DNA of 64,000 nt, taken from the NCBI GenBank assembly GCA_965200875.1, contig OZ241456.1, forward strand, positions 160,001-224,000, in the 5' to 3' direction. Source of the DNA: Bdellovibrionales bacterium (GTDB lineage: Bacteria > Bdellovibrionota > Bdellovibrionia > Bdellovibrionales > UBA1609). The notes under the pieces are model-generated. The model did no database searches. It was not told the origin of the DNA and was given only the letters and a program-made list of their open reading frames with translations. How positions within the stretch are numbered: the stretch's first letter is position 1; every line of letters starts with the position of its first letter. The position numbers were made by a program, and so were the translations under genes. Shown piece after piece: positions 56,652 through 64,000 of the stretch.

Positions 56652-57332
56652 TTATGGCTCCTTTAATCCGCCCGGGTTTGTTTTTTGAATCAAAGTTTTT
56701 AATTTTTTTAAAGAAGGAAGAGTGCTTGAAGAGCTTTCTTTTTTGGGCAAAAGGGTTCTGTGGTTTTTCATAAGTTTTAGCATATAGGGCCTTGCGGAAT
56801 GGGGTCTTTTTTTTCTTAAATGAAAGCGGGCGATCATCCACTCCTTTTTGGCTAGGAGAGTGAGAATTTTTTGTTTGTATTTTTGAGCCTTCTCCCGGTA
56901 AGGGCTTTTTGGAAAAAGTTTAAGATGTTTGTTGATGTAAAAAAGAGCTTTTTTGGAAAGGCTTAAGTCTCTTGCTTCGGTTTTAGGAAGCTGATGAAAA
57001 TAAGAAAGGCTTAACTGAAAAAAAGCGCGATCATTTTCCGGGTGTTCAGGGTTCAGGGCAGAAAATCTTTCGTAGGCCAGGCCCGCTTTTATCCATTCCT
57101 CTTTGGCAAAATAAATATCCGCTATTTTGAGATCTGCGGACTTTGCGAATCGGGAATAAAGAAACTGGCTTTTTAATTGCCGGAAATAACCTAAAGCCTC
57201 TTGGTAGTAGGATCTTTTTCGTAAATTTTCTGCGTGCTGAAAAAGCTCTTCTGCGGTGGGGTTTTCTTTTAAAGTTTTAAAGCTGGAGCAGGCTCCCCCG
57301 AATAAAAAGATAAGTGGTAATAAACATTTCAT
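56652..57332 (-). CDS. bamD: Outer membrane protein assembly factor BamD
   Basis: Lipobox GGAC, YSRFAKSADLKIAD, YERF..L.P.H, RDLS, FPKSPY, LAKKEWMIARFH. Confidence 0.88.
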   Translation of the reverse strand: MKCLLPLIFLFGGACSSFKTLKENPTAEELFQHAENLRKRSYYQEALGYFRQLKSQFLYSRFAKSADLKIADIYFAKEEWIKAGLAYERFSALNPEHPENDRAFFQLSLSYFHQLPKTEARDLSLSKKALFYINKHLKLFPKSPYREKAQKYKQKILTLLAKKEWMIARFHLRKKRPHSARPYMLKLMKNHRTLLPKKESSSSTLPSLKKLKTLIQKTNPGGLKEP

Positions 57333-57424
57333 TATAAAGCTCTTGTTTTTCGAGGCTTTTGCCTATTTTTCCGATATCTGTCAGAAAAAAAGATTTTTTG
57401 CTTTTTTTCGTTAAAAGTCAATAT

Positions 57425-58492
57425 TTAAAGAGTTCCATTTTTAAACTGGGTAATGTGTTCGTATACAGCTAAAGCTGTCACTTTCAGGGCGTTGGCCAGG
57501 GGGATGCTGATAATCATGCCCAGGATTCCCATGAACTGTCCTCCCAGAATAATCAGCAAAACGACTGTTACAGGATGAAGGTTTACGATACGGGCCACTA
57601 AAATTGGAACCAAGATGCCCGCATCAATAAGTTGAGCTATCAGGTACACACCGATCAGAAAGGATAAGTCCCAGGTTTCATAATTGTTTACCAACGCAAT
57701 AATCACTGCTGGTATCGCCCCGATAATCGGGCCTATATAGGGGATCAGATTGGTAAGGGCCGCAAACCCTCCCAGTAAAAAGGCAAAGGGAAAGGAAATA
57801 AGACTTAAGCCTAAAAAAGTCACTAAACCCACTATGGAAGCCTCTAAAAACCTGGCGCGGATAAATTGCCCGAGTTGCCGGTTAATTTGATACTGTAGAT
57901 CCAGTACCATTTCAAAAACACTGTTTGGCACCAGTAACATAAATCTTTTGGAGATTTTGTGGCTATCTTTTAACATGAAAAAAGCTAGGAAGGGGGCGAG
58001 CAGTAAAACACTTAAGGCTTGCATAAGCAAAGAGGGGAGATCTTTTAAAATCACCTGACTTAGGGAAAAGAGTTTTTCTTTGCCTTTTTCCCGTAAGTGA
58101 ATCTCAAGCCCCAACCAGTTTTTGGTTTTTAACTCGATATTTTCCATTAAGTTTAAAAGTCCCTCTGAATAGCGAGGCCACTCTGTCTGAAGATTATTGA
58201 TCTGGTTGGAAATAAGCGGAAACCCCCATATCCCTAACAGGCCAATAAGACTGATGCCAGTTAGAAAAATAAAAACCAGGGCACCGTTATAACTTAAGCC
58301 GGCTCTTTCCAAAGGGGCCAGCAGGGGTCGGGCGAGATAACTGATGACAAATGCTAAAAGAAAGGAGATAAAAAGGTTGTTGATTAAAAACAGGACCGAG
58401 CCGGTGACAATTAAAATTCCTAGAAAAACCAAAAGCCTTATGATATTGATTTTTTTAAGTCTTGTTTTTTGTTCAGGGGTTGAGGAGATCAC
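57425..58492 (-). CDS. AI-2E family (PerM-like) transporter
   Basis: LLAFVISYL..P, NLIPYIGPIIG, Q.ID...LVP, VNLHP, LGMIISIP. Confidence 0.92.
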   Translation of the reverse strand: MISSTPEQKTRLKKINIIRLLVFLGILIVTGSVLFLINNLFISFLLAFVISYLARPLLAPLERAGLSYNGALVFIFLTGISLIGLLGIWGFPLISNQINNLQTEWPRYSEGLLNLMENIELKTKNWLGLEIHLREKGKEKLFSLSQVILKDLPSLLMQALSVLLLAPFLAFFMLKDSHKISKRFMLLVPNSVFEMVLDLQYQINRQLGQFIRARFLEASIVGLVTFLGLSLISFPFAFLLGGFAALTNLIPYIGPIIGAIPAVIIALVNNYETWDLSFLIGVYLIAQLIDAGILVPILVARIVNLHPVTVVLLIILGGQFMGILGMIISIPLANALKVTALAVYEHITQFKNGTL

Positions 58493-58495
58493 AGC

Positions 58496-59004
58496 TTAGT
58501 TTTCCATTGTTTGTTTGAATTGAACCAGTTTTTCCCCGGCTTTTTGAAGTCTCTCTCCCAAAATTTCCGATAGCTTCATTAAAATGCTTATGCCAATGCG
58601 AGGGTTTTTTTCGATAAGATTCAGTAGATCCGGGCGAAAAAACCTAGGAGTTTGCACTCTTCCACCGCCTGTGCGGACACATGATGGTAGCCTTTTTCCT
58701 GCGCGAGGCAAAGTTCTCCAAAAAAATCTCCCGAGTTGAGCTGGGAGAGAACCACCGTTTCCTGACCCGTGGAGCTTCCATGTAAAATGTTTACTTTACC
58801 GCTCAGGATGATATACATTCCAAGCCCTTTTCCTTCCTGAAAGATAAACTCTCCGGGCGCGAAAGATCTTTGATGCACAAGATGGCTCAAAAGCTTTAAT
58901 TCTTTTTCACTTAAACTTTCGAAAAGAGGATTTTCTTTTAAAACCATCTCAATATTTTTTTCTTCTTTTTTAAAAAGATTGTTCCACAAAAAATCAATCA
59001 TCAT
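58496..59004 (-). pseudogene. Cyclic nucleotide-binding domain protein split by a 1-nt frameshift at ~58637-58642
   Basis: First frame IFQEG..G.GMYII.SGKV...GDFFGEL...CKLLGFF; domain continues in the -1 frame as RPDLLNLIEKNPRIG...LGERL. Confidence 0.8.
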
Positions 59005-59151
59005 TTTTTCTGTCCCCACTTGGTTCTGGGAAATACAAGTTCAAATGGGCTTTGAGATAGCAGAGAAATTATTGCTTGCTTAAAAGCTTATCCAGTTTGG
59101 TATTTACATTTTAACTTATATCATAGTTTTTTTCCAGATACAAATTTAAGA

Positions 59152-59862
59152 TTAAAACGAGTTTTTTCGGTTAAGGGGCAAAAAATCTTCGCTTTGTAAC
59201 CAGCCTTTGTTTTTGGCAATTTGAACATGAATCAATCCTTCCGGGGTTTCCGGGGAAAGCACTTTTAAAAGCGAGCCGGCTTTTGGTTCAAACAAAACCG
59301 GTGCTGAAGAATCGGGACCACTCAGCAAAGAGGAGTCTTGTTTTAAACTGCCATAGTGTGTAATTCTTGGATAAAAGTAATAAGCTGAAAAGCCCCAGAG
59401 GATCAAAAAAAAACCGGCCCCAAGACGAAAAAGAAAAAGACTCTTTCGGAAAATTGCGAAAATCATTCCTCCCAAACCTAAAGCCATTAAAGCTAAAATA
59501 AAATCTTCCGGTATCCAAAGCCAAAAATATTTTTTGTCTTCTAAATTTTTTAAGAGTTCGCGGGCTTGGGCGTGATAAGGGTTTTCAAAAAGGATCTGCC
59601 TTAAGTAAGCTCGTGCTGGATCTTTTTTGCCCGTTTTCTGGTAAAGGGATAAGGCTAGGTTAAAACGCAAAGCTTCTGATTCCGGTTGAGTTTTAAGAAG
59701 GCTTAAAAAAATCGCGCTCGATTCTGAAAACTTATTGTTTTTGAAATGGGTCAGGGCTTTTTCAAAAAGAGCTTTTTTTTCTTTTGTAGCGGAGAAGGCA
59801 AAACTTCCGGTAAAAACCCAGAAAAAAAGGAAAGCTAAAAACCAGTTTTTTTTGTAAAGCAT
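59152..59862 (-). CDS. TPR / SH3-like membrane protein (BatE-like)
   Basis: Signal peptide, TPR (LRFNLALS), two TMs, C-terminal SGPD...G..L.V...KGWL. Confidence 0.65.
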   Translation of the reverse strand: MLYKKNWFLAFLFFWVFTGSFAFSATKEKKALFEKALTHFKNNKFSESSAIFLSLLKTQPESEALRFNLALSLYQKTGKKDPARAYLRQILFENPYHAQARELLKNLEDKKYFWLWIPEDFILALMALGLGGMIFAIFRKSLFLFRLGAGFFLILWGFSAYYFYPRITHYGSLKQDSSLLSGPDSSAPVLFEPKAGSLLKVLSPETPEGLIHVQIAKNKGWLQSEDFLPLNRKNSF

Positions 59863-59975
59863 TTCTCGTCTCTCCCTTGATTTTTTTATAATTTTTCAGG
59901 AAAATAATTGCAAGAGGATTATTTGGTTAAGAGGGCAGGATCCTAAGACTAAAATCCTAGAGGTGTAAGAAAATT

Positions 59976-61298
59976 ATGCAATTCGAAGAAAAAACAAAAA
60001 AACTTGTTCAGGATTTTTTAAATCTTTTTCCGCAAAATCTTCAAGGGGAATGGAAAATCACTCCTCCTGATCCGGCCCGAAAAAAAGAATATTTATTTCT
60101 TGTAAAGGAACTTAAGACCTTAAGGGGGCGCCCCCTGCTTTACCCTTATATAGGTTCGGGACGGGGCAAAGGGGTGTATGTGGAGCTTTTAGATGGTTCT
60201 ATTAAGATGGATCTTTTAGGAGGGGTGGGGGTGCAGATTCTAGGTCATTCTCATCCGGCTTTGATGGAGCAAGTCTTTCGTTCCTCTTTTTCGAATGTGC
60301 TAACACAAGGCCATTTGCTTTTGAATCAGGAGTATTTGGCTATAAGTCGTAAGCTTTTGGCTTTGGCAGGAAAAAACTCCCGCTTGAAACATGTCTGGCT
60401 TACCACCTCAGGAAGTATGGCCGGGGAGAACGCTCTTAAGATGGTCCGGCAGAAAAAAAGCCCTCGGCGAAAAATACTGGCTTTTGATCGTGCTTTTCAC
60501 GGCAGAACCACTTTAATGTCAGTCATTACGGGAAACCCAGCGATAAAAGAAGGACTTCCCTCTTATGACGAAGTGTTGAGAGTGCCGTTTTACGATCCAG
60601 AAAATCCCGGGAATAGCCTCAAGGTTTTGAAATCCCATATAGAACGGGAAGGGGATAATATTTCAGTCTTTGTGTTTGAAATTGTTTTAGGGGAGGGAGG
60701 ATATAAATCCGCTCCGCCGGCCTTTTTTAAAGAGCTTTTTGAAGAGTGTCGCAAACACGGTATTCCACTTTGGGCGGATGAAGTGCAGACTTTTTTAAGA
60801 ACCGGCCGGTTTTTTGCTTTTGAAAAATGGGGCTTGGGGAATTACATTGATATTTGCACAGTGGGAAAGAGTCTTCAGCTTGCAGGTACTTTTTTTACCG
60901 AAGAGTATAACCCCCGGCCGGGGCTTGTTTCTGGCACAGTCAGTGCATCCACAACAGCTTTAAAAGGAGGGCTTAAGGTGTTGGAAATTTTGGAGCAAGG
61001 ATATATGGGGGAGGAAGGCAGGATTTCCCGGGTGGAAAAACAATTTAAGGATGTTTTTAAAGAGCTTAAGGAAAAACTTCTTATAAAAGACTACGATGTT
61101 TTTGGACTCATGTCCGCTTTCACTCTGAAAGAAAGCTCACGGGAAAACACGCAAAAATTTTTGCAAAAGCTTTTTCATCAGGGAGTGATAGCCCTTTCCT
61201 GTGGTAAAAACCCCTTTCGTGTTCGGTTTTTGGTTCCGGCTATTATTCAGCCGGCGGATATCATCGCATTTAGAGAAGTTCTGCTTAAAACCCTTTGA
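59976..61298 (+). CDS. astC: Class III aminotransferase, probable (succinyl/acetyl)ornithine aminotransferase
   Basis: LGHSHP, SGSMAGENALK, AFHGRT, ADEVQT, TVGK; upstream of astA and astD. Confidence 0.8.
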   Translation: MQFEEKTKKLVQDFLNLFPQNLQGEWKITPPDPARKKEYLFLVKELKTLRGRPLLYPYIGSGRGKGVYVELLDGSIKMDLLGGVGVQILGHSHPALMEQVFRSSFSNVLTQGHLLLNQEYLAISRKLLALAGKNSRLKHVWLTTSGSMAGENALKMVRQKKSPRRKILAFDRAFHGRTTLMSVITGNPAIKEGLPSYDEVLRVPFYDPENPGNSLKVLKSHIEREGDNISVFVFEIVLGEGGYKSAPPAFFKELFEECRKHGIPLWADEVQTFLRTGRFFAFEKWGLGNYIDICTVGKSLQLAGTFFTEEYNPRPGLVSGTVSASTTALKGGLKVLEILEQGYMGEEGRISRVEKQFKDVFKELKEKLLIKDYDVFGLMSAFTLKESSRENTQKFLQKLFHQGVIALSCGKNPFRVRFLVPAIIQPADIIAFREVLLKTL

Positions 61299-61311
61299 AT
61301 ATAAAAGAAAA

Positions 61312-62298
61312 ATGTTTATTCAGTCTGTAAGTTTAAAAGATTATTCGGCTTTGCAAAAGTTGGCTTTAAGGTATCCTCTTTTGAATCTTCCCGCAGAAAA
61401 AAATCTTTTGAGAAAAAAAATTGAACAAAGTGTAAAATCCTTTTCAGCAGTTTTGCCAAGGGAGAAAAGAAATTTTTTATTCGTGCTAAAAACAGCAGAT
61501 GGAAAACTTGTTGGAAGTTCTCAGGTTTCCTCTCAATCTGCGCGAGCTTCAGCTCCCTCTTATTCTTTGGAAGTTTCAAAGAGAGATCGGGAATCTTTTT
61601 TGCAGTTGAAGGTGATAAAAAATGGCCCTTCTTACTTGGGGGGGCTGATTTTGGCAGAGGAATATCGTGGTCATCTCTTGAAAGTCGGAAAGCAGATAAG
61701 TCTGATTCGACTTTTATTTGCCGGTATGCACCCTGAGTTTTTTAAGGATACTTTTCACGCAGAAGTGGCTCCCTTTTTGGATAAAAAAGGCAAGAACCCT
61801 TTTTTTGAAAAGTTTATTTATCCAAGGGTATGTCTTTCTATGAAAGAAATTGATTATATGACCTTGACGAAAAAACAAAAGCTTTTTGCCTCTTATCCTC
61901 GTGAAAAAATTTTATTATCCTCTTTGCCGGAGGAGGTGCAGGAATCTTTGGGAAAGCCTGGCTTTTTCAGCCAAAGAGCTTATGGGCTTTTGAAAAAACA
62001 AAATTTTTATTTTGCCGGAGAAGTGGATCCTTTTGATGGAGGTCCTTATGTTCAGGCGAAAAAAAAAGATATTCCTGTGATTCAAAACACGGAAAAAGTT
62101 TTTTTAAGCTTTTGGCCCAAAAATAAAAAACCGACTGATAAAACCCGGCGATGGCTTTGGGGAAAAATAAAAGGCGAAGGTTTTTTAGGCGGAGTGCTGA
62201 AAGGCTTTTTAAAGGAAAAAAACTTTTTTGTTTCGGAAAAGTCCGCAGACTTTTTTTCCTTGGTAGAAAAAGAGGAGATTTTTGTGTCGCCATTTTAA
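61312..62298 (+). CDS. astA: Arginine N-succinyltransferase
   Basis: LNLP...L..KI..S..SF, FLFVL, GPSYLGGLIL..EYRG, GKQISLIR, VDPFDGGP. Confidence 0.88.
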   Translation: MFIQSVSLKDYSALQKLALRYPLLNLPAEKNLLRKKIEQSVKSFSAVLPREKRNFLFVLKTADGKLVGSSQVSSQSARASAPSYSLEVSKRDRESFLQLKVIKNGPSYLGGLILAEEYRGHLLKVGKQISLIRLLFAGMHPEFFKDTFHAEVAPFLDKKGKNPFFEKFIYPRVCLSMKEIDYMTLTKKQKLFASYPREKILLSSLPEEVQESLGKPGFFSQRAYGLLKKQNFYFAGEVDPFDGGPYVQAKKKDIPVIQNTEKVFLSFWPKNKKPTDKTRRWLWGKIKGEGFLGGVLKGFLKEKNFFVSEKSADFFSLVEKEEIFVSPF

Positions 62299-62381
62299 GA
62301 AAGTTAAGATAAACTGAAAACCCTCTCTTCTTTCAGGCCGTGGGTAATTTTTATAAAAAGTCATCAGGAAAAGAAAAAAAT

Positions 62382-63953
62382 ATGGAAAAAATTTTATTCA
62401 GTCAAGGTTCTTATGTGGCCGGCAAGTTTTTAAAAAACCCAGGCCTTAGATCAAAAAAGCATATACTTTTCAGTCCGGCTGATTTAGAGGATAAAGTATT
62501 TGAGTTTTTTTCAGATCCTGATCATTTAGATCTGGCTTGTGTATCTGCTAAAAAAGCTTATCCGGTATGGTCCTCTTTTTCTCAGGAAAAGCGAAACTAT
62601 TACTTAAAAAACCTGGCCCGTATTTACAGGGAAAAAGCAGAGGAAATAGCAATTCTTATTTCCCGGGAAACCGGAAAGCCCCTCTGGGAAAGCCTGCTTG
62701 AAGCAAAAGCTCTTTGGCAAAAAATTGATATTACTTTAAAGGAGTCTTTACCTCTGGTGAAGGATACTTTGCTTTCCCCTTTGAGGGTGGGAACAAAAGG
62801 AAAAATCGTCTATCGATCCAAAGGAGCTTTTTTGGTATTAGGACCTTTTAATTTTCCGGTGCATCTCCCGAATGGACATATTATCCCCGCACTTGCCACC
62901 GGAAACACTGTGGTTTTTAAACCTTCGGAAAAAACTCCTGCGAGCGGGGAAAAACTAGCAGAGTGTTTTCATCTGGCGGGTTTTCCAAAAGGGGTGTTTA
63001 ATGTTGTTCAGGGAGGGGCGGACATTGCAGAAGCTTTGGTGGTCCATGAAAGCCTTGCGGGAGTTCTTTTTACGGGTTCTTATGCTGTAGGCAAAAAAAT
63101 CCAAGAAGTTCTTTTGGATCAACCTCAAAAAACTTTGGCCCTGGAAATGGGAGGAAAAAACAGTGCTCTTGTCTGGAAAGACGCCGATCTGGAAAACGCA
63201 GTTTATGAAGTGCTAAAGGGTGCGTATTTCACCTGTGGACAAAGGTGTTCAGCCACTTCCCGCCTCATCTTGCATGAGGAGATAAAAGAAAAATTTTTAA
63301 AGGAATTTATCCGACTTAGTCAAAAAATGAAGATCGGACACTGGAGAGATAATGTCTTTATGGGACCTTTGATTGACGCTAAAGCGATTTATCGGTTTGA
63401 AAAATCATATAATGAGGCTAAAAAGGAAAAAGCTTTTATTCACCTAAAGGGAGAAAAAATAAATCATCTGAATGGCTATTATGTTTCCCCCACCATAGTG
63501 GAGCCGGAAAAATATAATCCTTCTTCTTTTTATCAAAACGAAGAGTTATTCCTGCCTTTTTTGTCTGTGTATTGTGTTTCCAGCGAGGAAGAGGCTTTAG
63601 AGCTGATAAACCAGTCGGGCCTAGAACCAGTAAAGTCAGGAGGTTTCCTTGATAAGCGCGGGGAAAAGAACCAGCCTTTGAATCAAAATACCTACGGGCT
63701 TTGTCTTTCTCTTTTTTCTCAGGAGGAGAAGTTTATGAAAAAAATTATCACGCACGCGCGGGTGGGGGTTTTTCATTGGAACTTGAGCACCTGTTCTGCA
63801 AGCTCAAATCTTCCTTTCGGGGGACTTGGAAAATCTGGAAATGATCATCCCGCAGGGCTTTTTGCGGTTTATTCCTGTATGACCCCGGTGGCTTTTTTGC
63901 AAAAAGATTTTTTGCAAAAGGCTATAGACCCGCTAAAGGATTTTTTTGACTGA
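62382..63953 (+). CDS. astD: Aldehyde dehydrogenase, probable succinylglutamate-semialdehyde dehydrogenase
   Basis: ETGKPLWE, GPFNFPVHLPNGHI.PAL, KPSEKTP, LEMGGKN, GQRCS, PFGG.GKSGN.HP. Confidence 0.9.
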   Translation: MEKILFSQGSYVAGKFLKNPGLRSKKHILFSPADLEDKVFEFFSDPDHLDLACVSAKKAYPVWSSFSQEKRNYYLKNLARIYREKAEEIAILISRETGKPLWESLLEAKALWQKIDITLKESLPLVKDTLLSPLRVGTKGKIVYRSKGAFLVLGPFNFPVHLPNGHIIPALATGNTVVFKPSEKTPASGEKLAECFHLAGFPKGVFNVVQGGADIAEALVVHESLAGVLFTGSYAVGKKIQEVLLDQPQKTLALEMGGKNSALVWKDADLENAVYEVLKGAYFTCGQRCSATSRLILHEEIKEKFLKEFIRLSQKMKIGHWRDNVFMGPLIDAKAIYRFEKSYNEAKKEKAFIHLKGEKINHLNGYYVSPTIVEPEKYNPSSFYQNEELFLPFLSVYCVSSEEEALELINQSGLEPVKSGGFLDKRGEKNQPLNQNTYGLCLSLFSQEEKFMKKIITHARVGVFHWNLSTCSASSNLPFGGLGKSGNDHPAGLFAVYSCMTPVAFLQKDFLQKAIDPLKDFFD

Positions 63954-64000
63954 AGCCGAAAGGACGAAAAATCCTTTGATGTTTAAGGGGATATGTCAGA

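Overview
AT-rich bacterial chromosome segment, most likely from a Bdellovibrionota (Bdellovibrionales-like) organism. This is inferred from a Tad/Flp pilus locus with a CpaE-CpaF fusion that ends in an RHS/YD gene and a small secreted gene (the arrangement of the Bdellovibrio hit locus), and from Bdellovibrio-type Cys-rich secreted proteins. Housekeeping content: partial etfB, sdhCAB, rpsF-rplI, dnaB, ftsK-dapA-dapB-fsa/tal, a sigma54 activator, tRNA-Phe(GAA), metB-like, uppP, mdh-sucCD-ndk, pilF/rodZ-like genes, a DEDDh exonuclease, nadE, amgK-murU, hpt, bamD and astC-astA-astD. An accessory block at about 6.0-12.7 kb holds orphan ORFs, a type IV pilin and a truncated IS5 transposase. Most notable: (i) a dispersed family of at least 7 small single-TM coiled-coil genes placed between or inside conserved operons, with stalks that vary by 21-bp and 33-bp (7-aa and 11-aa) duplications; (ii) a 51-bp inverted repeat pair bracketing 1.6 kb of the Tad locus, next to a palindromic 21-bp tandem array; (iii) a histone H1/Hc2-like Lys/Arg-rich repeat protein; (iv) a CDS whose stop codon lies inside tRNA-Phe; (v) a likely ATT start codon and a frameshift on a canonical slippery heptamer. 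No CRISPR array, rRNA, integrase or reverse transcriptase was seen. All product calls come from manual motif recognition, not database searches.
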